Source: an uncultured virus (IMG/VR IMGVR_UViG_3300037195_001681) (lineage: Duplodnaviria; Heunggongvirae; Uroviricota; Caudoviricetes; Schitoviridae). Taken from it: a DNA stretch of 64,000 bases. Below the pieces are notes generated by a model. That model was not told where the DNA came from, ran no database searches, and saw only the letters and a program-made list of their open reading frames with translations. The translations under genes were made by a program, and so were the position numbers. Of this stretch, positions 35,068-44,323 are shown piece by piece. The stretch spans positions 1-64,000 of IMG/VR virus record IMGVR_UViG_3300037195_001681; one strand, given 5' to 3'. Positions within the stretch are counted from its first letter, which is position 1. Each line of letters starts with the position of its first letter.

Positions 35068-35178
35068 GATATTGAAATTCCTCCAAGAAAGGGGAGACAA
35101 GCTACCCCTCCGTCGCCCTTCCTCTGACGAGGATCTGGACGGGTGAAGACATCTTGGAGGGGGAGGTTCGTTGTAACG

Positions 35179-35224
35179 AAAAACGCCCGATCCGGTCAAC
35201 GAAAATGTCGACTAAATCGGGCGC
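35179..35224 (-). terminator. Intrinsic terminator upstream of the nrdJ leader
   Basis: CGCCCGAT/ATCGGGCG stem with a TTTTT tail on the minus strand. Confidence 0.6.
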
Positions 35225-35693
35225 TGACCGAAGTCATTTGTGGGCTCACCATCCAGTGGAAAAATCATCCCATGGAGAACAAGATGACCCTTCGTAGAAC
35301 CTTCCGAAGAAGGCAAGGAGCCTGGAGGCACCCACCGCAGATGTTATTTCCCCACCGTCTGCTGGGGTTATGACAAGACCACCGGCCCGCCGGCTATATG
35401 ACATAACCGAAGGTGGTGGACCTTCCAATATCTAGTTAATCTGAATATGTTTTTTCCGGTCCCTACCAGGCACTACTTGGTCCTTCTCCTCCTCCCCTAA
35501 AAATTAGAGATTGAGCAGTGTCGCCACCCTTCTGGCCGAAGCTCGGAGGGGGGATCGTCGCGGTGCTGGCTAACCGTATTGTGGAAACGCTCAGTATGAC
35601 CTAAGAGCTGGTTTGTCCAGAGGGAGCTCATCAGGTTCTTTCAGGGCGAATAAACTCAGAAAACGCTATAACAATGGAAACGGAGTATCCACA

Positions 35694-35951
35694 ATGAGCG
35701 AAGTAAGTCAGGAAATTCACCCGGCCCCAAAGGAATTCACCGAGCATGAGATCAGCGTCGATCACATCCTACGGTTCTTTCATTATGCCCACCTGCCTCC
35801 TGCCCTCCAGGAACGCAGTCGGCCGTTCTGTGAACTGGCCCGGGTGATCATCGACACCACGGAACGCAATCCGGAACGCACCGTCGCACTGCGAAAACTG
35901 CTCGAAGCGAAGGATGCCTTCGTTCGTGCTGCCGTCGCGGGGAGGAATTGA
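35694..35951 (+). CDS. Small helical-hairpin phage protein, possibly Acb2/Tad1-like
   Basis: FFHYAHLP..LQ..S.PF..LA......NPERTVALRKLLEAKD..VRA; the gene is clear, the function is inferred. Confidence 0.6.
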   Translation: MSEVSQEIHPAPKEFTEHEISVDHILRFFHYAHLPPALQERSRPFCELARVIIDTTERNPERTVALRKLLEAKDAFVRAAVAGRN

Positions 35952-35953
35952 TC

Positions 35954-36460
35954 ATGGAACGCTTCATCGGAACCAAGCTGATCAAGGCGACACCTATGAC
36001 GCGCCTGGTCTACAATCAATATCGCGGCTGGGAGTTACCAGAAAACGAGAATGGTGAAGACGAGGGCTTCCTTGTCGAATATCTCGATGGCGGTGCTTCG
36101 AACGATGATCGTCACGAGGGTTACATCTCGTGGTCGCCGGCAGAAGTCTTCCATCGGGCATATCAGCCTTTGGACGCGATGAACTTCGGTCACGCTCTGG
36201 AAATGCTAAAGCTTGGCGAAGCAGTGAGCCGCGCCGGCTGGAACGGGAAAGGGATGTTCCTCTACCTGGTTCCGGCGCCAGCCGAAGGTTATCCGGCCCA
36301 GACGGGTGTCGCGAAGAAGTTCTTCGGCGAAAATGCCTTGGTACCTTACGGACCCTATATCGCGATGAAGACCGCGACCGGCGAGGTGGTACCGTGGCTC
36401 TGCTCGCAGACGGACGCTCTGGCGGAAGACTGGGGTGTGGTGGAGATCCACGAAGAATAA
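35954..36460 (+). CDS. DUF2829 (Tad2-like) domain protein with an extra N-terminal domain
   Basis: C-terminal MNFGHALE.LK.G..V.RAGWNGKGMF...PYIAMKT...VPW..SQTD.LAEDW; N-terminal FIGTK...GYISWSP.EVF..AY. Confidence 0.85.
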   Translation: MERFIGTKLIKATPMTRLVYNQYRGWELPENENGEDEGFLVEYLDGGASNDDRHEGYISWSPAEVFHRAYQPLDAMNFGHALEMLKLGEAVSRAGWNGKGMFLYLVPAPAEGYPAQTGVAKKFFGENALVPYGPYIAMKTATGEVVPWLCSQTDALAEDWGVVEIHEE

Positions 36461-36477
36461 ATCGGGTTTACCTCGAC

Positions 36478-36535
36478 AATCCCCGCACGAAGTGCGAGTG
36501 TCTTGCAGACACGAGTCCCGTGCGGGGATTATTTC
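36478..36535 (+). terminator. Terminator-like hairpin
   Basis: AATCCCCGCACG/CGTGCGGGGATT stem followed by ATTT. Confidence 0.55.
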
Positions 36536-36558
36536 AACTTAGTCATGAGAAACTTTGA

Positions 36559-37353
36559 ATGTCTAACCTTACTCTTCAAGAAGTCCAGGCTGCTGCACCA
36601 GCAAACATGAAGAAAGCCGTCACCCAGGAGATGGTGGACGACATCAATGGTGCGTCGAACGATCCTGAGATCGCACGAATGATCGGCGATAATTTCATCA
36701 GCTTCGTGGGCGTGATGAAGGAAGGTCGCTTCAAGATCGAGGATTATCTCTCGGCTGTGACCTATGTGAGTCACAAGCTGATGGGTGATTCGAACAAGGA
36801 AGCCTGGTGCAAGACATTCCCTCAACGTCATGCTGCCCTGACTTCGGCAGGTGCTGATTCGAAGACGATCAGCGCCCATGTTGCGTCCTATTCCAAGGGC
36901 AAGCTGGTCAACATGGTGCTCGAACAGAGCATGGTACCGAGCTGGGTGCTGAATGCTCATCTTTTCCAGGAAGCTCTGAATACCCAAGCTGATCTGATGC
37001 AAAACGCCAACAGCGAGAAGGTACGGTCCGATGCAGCCAACTCGATCCTGACGCATCTGAAACGTCCTGAAGCCGTAAAGGGTCAAATTGACCTCAACGT
37101 CAAGGACAGCTCCGGGATGAACGAGCTTAGAGAAGTTCTGGGTGATCTGGCTGCTCAGCAGCGACAGGCGATTGCCCAAGGTGCCCCGATTCGTGAAATC
37201 ACGGATGCCCGGATCATCAAGGAAGACGATGTTCCCGGGGAGACGATCGAACATAAGGCTTTACCAGTACCAACGCCTGCACCATCAGCTGCACCTATTC
37301 CCGCACCTTCCAAGCAGCCAGACGGCTCGCCACGAGAAAGTCTGTTCCGATGA
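36559..37353 (+). CDS. N4 gp69-like protein (probable terminase small subunit)
   Basis: FKIEDYLSAVTYVSHKLMG, SEKVRSDAANSILTHLKRPE; overlaps the terminase large subunit start. Confidence 0.8.
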   Translation: MSNLTLQEVQAAAPANMKKAVTQEMVDDINGASNDPEIARMIGDNFISFVGVMKEGRFKIEDYLSAVTYVSHKLMGDSNKEAWCKTFPQRHAALTSAGADSKTISAHVASYSKGKLVNMVLEQSMVPSWVLNAHLFQEALNTQADLMQNANSEKVRSDAANSILTHLKRPEAVKGQIDLNVKDSSGMNELREVLGDLAAQQRQAIAQGAPIREITDARIIKEDDVPGETIEHKALPVPTPAPSAAPIPAPSKQPDGSPRESLFR

Positions 37354-38969
37354 GCACTGCCGAACAGAACACCACTCGATCGCTTCCAAAGAAGACACTC
37401 GATGAGTGGTTGGATGAAGTCAGCTATGGTGAGCTGAATAGTACGTCCTATATTCCAAGTGACTTTGCACTTACCTTCATGAATTTCATTAAATTGGTGA
37501 ATGGTGAGCAAGGCGAATCACACAAGACACCACCTGTCCACCTGAAGATGCTCGACAAGGTGGCAGAGCAGGAAAGCGATTATATCGCGAATCTCGTGTT
37601 CCGTGGTGCAGCAAAAACCACAATATTCATGGAATATCTGGTTCTGTTCGTCGCTCTTTTCGGAGCTCTCCCGGGATTAGGAGATGTGACGGGGATGATC
37701 TACGTCTCCGACTCAATGGACAACGGCGTGAAGAGCGCAAGGAAAAACATCGAATTTCGCTACCAGAACAGCGAATTTCTCCAAGAATGGATCCCTCACG
37801 CAGTCTTCACTGACAATTATCTGGAATTCCAGAACAAGGATGGTCATCGCCTGGGCTGCAAGATGTTCGGTGCGAAAACCGGTCTTCGTGGTACGAAGAT
37901 CTTCGGTAAGCGTCCGGTACTATGCGTGCTTGATGACCTTGTGTCGGATGACGATTCGAAGTCCAAGGCTGCGATGCTCGCGATCAAGGACACCGTCTAC
38001 AAGGGCGTGAACCATGCTCTCGATCCGACTCGGCGCAAGGTGATTTTCAACGGAACGCCTTTCAATACTGAAGATATTCTGATCGAAGCAGTCGAATCTG
38101 GCGCCTGGGATGTGAACGTCTGGCCAGTCTGCGAACGCTTCCCATGTGAACGAGAAGAGTTTTCTGGTGCCTGGGAAGATCGTTTCACATACGATTATGT
38201 GAAGGCGCAATATGAAATGGCGGTGAAAACCGGGAAGGTAAATGCCTTTATGCAGGAGCTCATGCTCCGCATCACCTCCGAAGAGGAGCGTCTGATCCAG
38301 GACAGCGAAATTCAGTGGTATTCGCGCCAGCGCCTGATGCAGGTCTATTCGACCTACAATTTCTATATCACCACCGATTTCGCCACTTCGGCTAAACAAA
38401 CTGCCGATTTCAGTGCGATCTCGGTCTGGGCATACTCATCCAATGGTGACTGGCTCTGGGTCGATGGGATCCTGGAACGTCAGACGATGGATAAGAATAT
38501 CAACGATCTGTTCCGTCTGGTTCAGTTTTACAAACCTCAACAGGTCGGGATCGAAGTCTCGGGCCAGCAAGGTGCGTTCATTCAATGGCTCCAGAACGAA
38601 ATGATTGCACGCAACGTGTGGTTCAATTTTGCATCGAGTGAGAAGAGCAACGCACCAGGAATTCGGCCGGAACGAGACAAGCTGACAAGGCTGAATCTGG
38701 TTGTTCCCTGGTTCAAAGCCGGCAAGGTCTTTTTTCCTCTTGAGATGAAAGACAGCGTGATCATGGGCAATGCCATGTCGCAAATTCGTCTTGCAACACA
38801 GTCTGGTTTGAAAGGCAAAGACGACTTTCTGGACACGATCTCAATGTTAGGTTATTTGAAGCCCTGGAAGCCCTCCGAGACCAACCCAGTCACCTCTCAA
38901 GAAATGGACGTGTGGGATGACATGGGTGTCGATCAGGAGCAAAGCGGACTATCCTCCTATATCGTATAA
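37350..38969 (+). CDS. terL: Terminase large subunit (N4 gp68-like)
   Basis: FRGAAKTT, VLDDL, NGTPF, nuclease motifs TTDFATS and KDDFLDTISML. Confidence 0.96.
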   Translation: MSTAEQNTTRSLPKKTLDEWLDEVSYGELNSTSYIPSDFALTFMNFIKLVNGEQGESHKTPPVHLKMLDKVAEQESDYIANLVFRGAAKTTIFMEYLVLFVALFGALPGLGDVTGMIYVSDSMDNGVKSARKNIEFRYQNSEFLQEWIPHAVFTDNYLEFQNKDGHRLGCKMFGAKTGLRGTKIFGKRPVLCVLDDLVSDDDSKSKAAMLAIKDTVYKGVNHALDPTRRKVIFNGTPFNTEDILIEAVESGAWDVNVWPVCERFPCEREEFSGAWEDRFTYDYVKAQYEMAVKTGKVNAFMQELMLRITSEEERLIQDSEIQWYSRQRLMQVYSTYNFYITTDFATSAKQTADFSAISVWAYSSNGDWLWVDGILERQTMDKNINDLFRLVQFYKPQQVGIEVSGQQGAFIQWLQNEMIARNVWFNFASSEKSNAPGIRPERDKLTRLNLVVPWFKAGKVFFPLEMKDSVIMGNAMSQIRLATQSGLKGKDDFLDTISMLGYLKPWKPSETNPVTSQEMDVWDDMGVDQEQSGLSSYIV

Positions 38970-38995
38970 TGTAAACAAAGAGTGGTTTCCAACTC

Positions 38996-39712
38996 ATGAT
39001 ATTGTCTGATATTCTCGATAAACTCGCCAAAGGCGAACTTTCGAATTTGTCTATAGCTGAAGGTGGTGTGATCAAAGAAACCGAGATCGTTAAGATCATC
39101 GGTTATATTGACGAGTCACTCACCCGTTTGCACTCAAGGTTTACCCTTAGGCAAAACGATGTTCTTGTGGAAATGCATGAAGGTATCTCCACGTATGAGC
39201 TTAAAGCTGAGTATGCCATGTCTTACGAAGGATCGATCGAGGTCCCCAAAAAGTATATAGTCGACATCGGTCCAAAGAAATTTGAAGATGATGTCATCAG
39301 GATTACTGGTGCCTACGACTCTCTCGGCAATGAACTCGAACTCAATAACAAACTTGCTCCGTTTGGAATATTTACTCCTAGAGCGAAAACTTTACAGGTT
39401 CCTGGACCAATACCTGGACAAAGCCTTTCGGTAATTTATCAAGCAAAACACCCAAAATTACCTACATCAACTGAAGAAGATGCAGAATTTCTTTCTACTG
39501 AGATTGAAATACCCGAGACACTCACGGGGGCTCTAACAGCCTACGTTGGTTTTCTCACTTTCAATTTCCTGGGTGGTCAGGATAATTTGGCACGTTCTTC
39601 CGTGTTTATGCAGCTTTATGACAAAATTTGTCTGGAAATTGATGAGAAGGACAGTATGGGTACGCAGACTGCTGATCATGTCGACAAATTCAATATGAGG
39701 GGTTTTACCTAA
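38996..39712 (+). CDS. N4 gp67-like head-tail adaptor
   Basis: GELSNL, LTRLHSRF, LSVIYQAKHP, C-terminal KFNMRGF; synteny. Confidence 0.8.
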   Translation: MILSDILDKLAKGELSNLSIAEGGVIKETEIVKIIGYIDESLTRLHSRFTLRQNDVLVEMHEGISTYELKAEYAMSYEGSIEVPKKYIVDIGPKKFEDDVIRITGAYDSLGNELELNNKLAPFGIFTPRAKTLQVPGPIPGQSLSVIYQAKHPKLPTSTEEDAEFLSTEIEIPETLTGALTAYVGFLTFNFLGGQDNLARSSVFMQLYDKICLEIDEKDSMGTQTADHVDKFNMRGFT

Positions 39713-42579
39713 TGTCAGATATCAAGACAATTAACGACCCCTCGGGTCTGAACGCAGAATTGGTCGAAAGGTTGGTCGGTATGACTGCCTATGAGATCGT
39801 GAAAAGAGTAGCGATAGCTCTTCCGGAAATCACGATCGTTGCGGAAAATTCTACTGAATTAGAGAATCTCAAAGGCGCTGCTGAAGCAGCTGCCACGTTG
39901 GCAGGTCTCTATTCAAATGCCGACACCGATCAAGAAATTGAAGGTGCATCTTCTCCGGATGATAGAGGTGCGAAGTACTGGAATATTTTGTCAGAGCAAA
40001 TCGCTACTGATGTAGCTAACACTCTTGATAATGCTATGGAGCTCCGAAATGGTATCGAGGAAAGTCTGGAGCTGACGCAAATTGCGATGCAAATCGCAAT
40101 GGACCTTGGCAACGCTCCTCTTTATGCCAGCCTTGCAGATCCGGATCTTCCGATTGCAGATGGTAACCAGGGATGGATGATTATCCCAGGTGGTGTCGAC
40201 GAAGGTATTTATCAGGATGATGGTGCCTGGACAAAAAAGTACGATACTCAAGCAGTAAGAGCGACAATTGAAGCAGATCGTGCTGAGACGGCAGCTAATG
40301 AAGCTGAGGCATCAGTACAATCAATTGAGCCTAAAGTAGCTTATGGTCGTGCGATCGTAACTGGTCGAATTACCGCACTCACTTGGTCAACCGATCTCGA
40401 AACGGCGGCTCCGACAGTGACCATCGGATCGGGTATTCTCTACGAAGAAAACAACGCCGGAAATCCAAAAGAAACAATCGCGGCTTTCGGGCCGACTGAG
40501 CTCCTAGATAGAGAAGCCATCATTGTCGACTTCGACAATGGAGCAACCGATGGTAACGGTCATTATATTCCCGAGAAGGTTAATATTGCCTCGGGTTTTC
40601 AGACCGGTTGGCAGACTGCTCGCCGCTATATTCTTGTTGGCAAGGGATCCGGTCGAACCGTCTATGGTGAGTACTCTCTCGTCAATGAGCTTCTAAATAC
40701 TAATACGATTGAGGAACGGATTCTTTCACCCCAGTCGACCCCTATTGATATCACACGCTATGGTCTCTCCGAGCAAATCGGTAACGAACACCTCGCACCT
40801 CCGACGACGGACGTGACCCCGGCCGACGATAATGAGTCGTTCACTCTCGCCGCTGGTACGGGTCGATTGTACTTCCGAGCTGATTCGACGTACTACTTTC
40901 CCAGGGTCGTCCCGAATGAACCTTTCGCCGTTTGGATGCGGATTCTTTCGGGCGTTCCAGCCTCTGCTTTTGTTACATTTTACACAGCAGCAAATGCAGC
41001 TATTGGAACCGCTATCCCCCTGACTCAACTGGGTCCGTTCCTCGTTTATGAGGACAACGCCCCAGCTGACGCGGATTATATTCGTCTCGACATAAACAAT
41101 GTCGGTAAAGCAGACCCTCTAGTCATAACCCGACCGAGGATTGCGACCCAGACGGGAAAGAGCCCGAACGGGCTCCGGTCGCGAGATGCCTTTGCTTTCG
41201 ACATGATGAGAACAGCCTACGAAGACGGCGAAGATCTCGAAGACGTTTGGCCAGAGAACCCTGTCGTGGGTAAGACGACTGGCGGCGGAGCTGCGCCAGT
41301 GGCTCAAGAGAATGGAACCTTTGTTGCTCCAGCAGACACTATCTCTTACGCTCGGAAGACCCCGACGAATTACCCGGTTGGGACGAAGTTGAGTTGGCTC
41401 GTTCATACCTCTGACCCGGTTATTGATTTCATTGCCGTTCGCCATCAGGGGCCGTCCACATCAGAGAGCCAACTCCTCCTCCCGCTCGGGAACGGGTGGT
41501 ACTACGGCGTCACGACTATCGGGGCCGGTATCGGCGGAAACGCGACTCACGTCCAAGTTGAGATTGATAACCGCATAGGGTCGTATCTCCCGAACGGAGA
41601 TGTGACGATTGATCGAATTGTCCTAATCGAAGGCGAAGTTCTCCCCTCGAAACTCCCGAGTCGTGCTGCCTCGTTAGCCAACGATTACGACCCCGAGGAG
41701 ATAGTTCTCACTCAAGAAGCCGGAGCGGTTAATGTCTTCTGTAAAGGAGCTAATCCGACCTCGGCGAAGTACCTCCGTCACCGGGTCGAATACTTCCAGA
41801 ACCTCGCCGGAAACAACAGCGATAGTTGGCGTTGGTCTTTCACCCATGAAGCAACACGAACCGGGGACGAAGCTTTTACTATTGGGAACCGTCTTCTCAA
41901 CGGCGGCGAGAACTGGCTTGCGGTTCGCGAGGCCGGGAAGACCGACTTCATGGGCGGAGCGGCCCACGGTGATCAGAAAGCCTCTATCCTTCTCGTCTTT
42001 GTCGACGGCGTCAAAATAACACTCGACGGTGCAACGACTTATCGGGGTCGACGGGTCGAATTCATTATGACAAGTAAGCTTCTCGAAGCCGATGTCGCTC
42101 CGAACCCGGACGTCGAGACTTTCGACGTTATTACCTCGTTCAAGGTCGAAGCGGGAGATCTCTATCTCAAAAATCGGCTCGTTACACTTCGTGACGTAGA
42201 TATGGTAAACTTCTACCTCGCAATGCTGAGCTTTGAGCGTCATCTTGGGGGTAATACAAACGCAGCTCTCCTCTCAGAAAATGCTTATTGGTCTCCTGAT
42301 TTTGTTGAATGGGACATATCGTCAGAAGGTCATAATGCTCCATCTACCGACGCTTCCCGCATTATGTTGTCGGGACCGTCTGGATACTCAGTCGACGTGG
42401 AGGTTCTTGAAGGATGGGATAAACCTGAAAGAACCAGTTTTGTGCAGGATACATCTCAATATAATAAACTCTATTTTTCTCCACTTGGTAATTATAATTC
42501 AGCTGGTCCGGGGTACAGTCTGGTAATTGGTGATGAAATTGAGATGTTAACTCGATACCGAATTAACACAATTAATTAG
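39712..42579 (+). CDS. Tail fibre / receptor-binding protein
   Basis: N4-like N-terminal anchor (AYEIVKRVA..L.EI..VA), long beta-rich body, position after gp67. Confidence 0.7.
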   Translation: MSDIKTINDPSGLNAELVERLVGMTAYEIVKRVAIALPEITIVAENSTELENLKGAAEAAATLAGLYSNADTDQEIEGASSPDDRGAKYWNILSEQIATDVANTLDNAMELRNGIEESLELTQIAMQIAMDLGNAPLYASLADPDLPIADGNQGWMIIPGGVDEGIYQDDGAWTKKYDTQAVRATIEADRAETAANEAEASVQSIEPKVAYGRAIVTGRITALTWSTDLETAAPTVTIGSGILYEENNAGNPKETIAAFGPTELLDREAIIVDFDNGATDGNGHYIPEKVNIASGFQTGWQTARRYILVGKGSGRTVYGEYSLVNELLNTNTIEERILSPQSTPIDITRYGLSEQIGNEHLAPPTTDVTPADDNESFTLAAGTGRLYFRADSTYYFPRVVPNEPFAVWMRILSGVPASAFVTFYTAANAAIGTAIPLTQLGPFLVYEDNAPADADYIRLDINNVGKADPLVITRPRIATQTGKSPNGLRSRDAFAFDMMRTAYEDGEDLEDVWPENPVVGKTTGGGAAPVAQENGTFVAPADTISYARKTPTNYPVGTKLSWLVHTSDPVIDFIAVRHQGPSTSESQLLLPLGNGWYYGVTTIGAGIGGNATHVQVEIDNRIGSYLPNGDVTIDRIVLIEGEVLPSKLPSRAASLANDYDPEEIVLTQEAGAVNVFCKGANPTSAKYLRHRVEYFQNLAGNNSDSWRWSFTHEATRTGDEAFTIGNRLLNGGENWLAVREAGKTDFMGGAAHGDQKASILLVFVDGVKITLDGATTYRGRRVEFIMTSKLLEADVAPNPDVETFDVITSFKVEAGDLYLKNRLVTLRDVDMVNFYLAMLSFERHLGGNTNAALLSENAYWSPDFVEWDISSEGHNAPSTDASRIMLSGPSGYSVDVEVLEGWDKPERTSFVQDTSQYNKLYFSPLGNYNSAGPGYSLVIGDEIEMLTRYRINTIN

Positions 42580-42597
42580 ACCAAATGGAAAAATTAA

Positions 42598-43317
42598 ATG
42601 ATTAACATCAAAAAAACTCAAAAGAACCTTCAAAATTCCGGTTATTCACCTGGTTTAATTGATGGAATTTGGGGTCGAATGACAGCTACAGCTTGTTTGG
42701 CCCACCAATCAGCTCGTCGTCCAGATGCGATGATGCTTGCAGTAGGGCGTGCTCTGGGTTCGGAAGCTCTCGAAGGAGGTCTTCTTGAAAACCGTTACCG
42801 TCTCTCGGAATTCCTGGCTCAGACCAGTCACGAGACCGGTGGGTACCGTCGATTTGAAGAAAACATGAAATATTCAGCTCGACGTCTGATGAAGGTCTGG
42901 CCAACTCGATTTCGTTCTTTGGCTCAAGCTATTCCGTTTTCGTGGGATCCAAGCGATCCCGATCGTGAGGACATCGCTTTGGCCAACAAGGTCTATGGCG
43001 GTCGCATGGGAAACGAAGCCGACGGTACTGACGACAATGACGGGTGGGATCACCGTGGCGGTGGTCTCATGCAGCATACAGGCGCCGAGGAATACGAGCG
43101 TCTGCGCGAGATCGGTATCACACCTGAGCAGATCCATGGCGGTGATCCTCTCGCCATGGTTCAGGCAGCTCTGAGCTACTGGAACTATATCGGGGCAAAC
43201 GGTCGCTGCGATCGAGGTGAATTCAAAAGTCTTCGTCGTCGAATCAATGGGGGGTACAATGGTCTCAACGAAGTGACTCGTGGCCGAGCACGCAGTCTTT
43301 CTGTGATCGTTGATTGA
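42598..43317 (+). CDS. Endolysin, GH19 catalytic domain with N-terminal PG-binding motif
   Basis: QKNL...GY.PGLIDGIWGRMT; FLAQTSHETGG, EEN, ANKVYGGRMGN, RGGGLMQHTG, INGGYNGL. Confidence 0.9.
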   Translation: MINIKKTQKNLQNSGYSPGLIDGIWGRMTATACLAHQSARRPDAMMLAVGRALGSEALEGGLLENRYRLSEFLAQTSHETGGYRRFEENMKYSARRLMKVWPTRFRSLAQAIPFSWDPSDPDREDIALANKVYGGRMGNEADGTDDNDGWDHRGGGLMQHTGAEEYERLREIGITPEQIHGGDPLAMVQAALSYWNYIGANGRCDRGEFKSLRRRINGGYNGLNEVTRGRARSLSVIVD

Positions 43318-43330
43318 GCCGAGAAAAACC

Positions 43331-43702
43331 ATGCTGAATTTCATGAAAGAAATCCTGCCTGTTATTCAGGTAATGCCGATATTCGTTTTCCTCATACTCT
43401 CAGGGATCTGCTGGAATTCGTTTGTCCGTGCCTGTAAGGGAAACCCCACACCACATGATATGATCAAGTTACCCTTGTTCTTCCTGGGTCTCGATATTGC
43501 ATTCAATATCAGCTGGTTCATGTGGATCGTAGGTATACAGGATCCAGCCAGTCTGACAATCGGTATGGGTCGGATACTTGGAATTGCTCTCCATCTGGGA
43601 GTGGCAACTGGATTAATATTTGCAGTGAGATCTCTGAAATTTTTCAAGTTTGAGAAAAATCAGGAATCGAATAATGCAGAGATTGGTAGGGAAGACCAAT
43701 AA
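43331..43702 (+). CDS. Three-TM membrane protein (holin candidate)
   Basis: Three hydrophobic segments and a charged C-tail; directly after the endolysin. Confidence 0.55.
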   Translation: MLNFMKEILPVIQVMPIFVFLILSGICWNSFVRACKGNPTPHDMIKLPLFFLGLDIAFNISWFMWIVGIQDPASLTIGMGRILGIALHLGVATGLIFAVRSLKFFKFEKNQESNNAEIGREDQ

Positions 43703-44229
43703 TGTTGATTGAAGGTGGTCTTCTGGAAGCAGGGTCGATGTTTTCGAGCTTTGCTCAGGTAGGTCTGGGCGGGATCATTGTCGCTGCCATCTTTGCGCTT
43801 TCACGCAGCTGGCCGACGATCGTCAAGATCAAGAGCGAAGGTGATGCAGCCGTACGAGCTTCAGAAGCTGAATCGAGATCAGCCGATCGAGCTCGTATTC
43901 AGAGCCTCGAAGCTCGATGTGATGCTTTGTCCTCGAAGCTGGATAAGCTCACAGAGCAGCATCATGAACAAATGGAAGAACAGCGGGTTGCTCATGCCGC
44001 AGAACTTCAGGTGATGCGTCACCAGCTTTCGAACGAAACTCAAATGCTCGATGCTCTGTTGCGTCAGCTGAAGATCAATCCAGATAGGGTCCAGGAAGCT
44101 GCTGACACAATCATTGCAGAGCGAGCTGATCGTCGTCGTGCGATCGCTATCGAGAAAGGGGCAATGGCAGGTCGAAGCCTGAATAATCCAAGCTCGAACG
44201 AAAAAGAAAAAGAAAAACCCAAAAATTGA
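43702..44229 (+). CDS. Membrane-anchored coiled-coil protein (lysis-associated candidate)
   Basis: N-terminal hydrophobic helix, heptad-rich body; TAATG coupling. Confidence 0.55.
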   Translation: MLIEGGLLEAGSMFSSFAQVGLGGIIVAAIFALSRSWPTIVKIKSEGDAAVRASEAESRSADRARIQSLEARCDALSSKLDKLTEQHHEQMEEQRVAHAAELQVMRHQLSNETQMLDALLRQLKINPDRVQEAADTIIAERADRRRAIAIEKGAMAGRSLNNPSSNEKEKEKPKN

Positions 44230-44323
44230 AAGCAGGAAGTTGCTTTCAGTTCGAACCTGCTTCAGTTATTCAGCCAGGTGAACGCCGAAACAATCAGATC
44301 AACCAGAGAGTCGGATCCAGAGC

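Noticed and set aside
35557..35595. SAM-II riboswitch suggested by TAACCGTATTG
   Set aside because: Lacks the GATTT segment and the 3' pseudoknot strand; no methionine-related gene downstream
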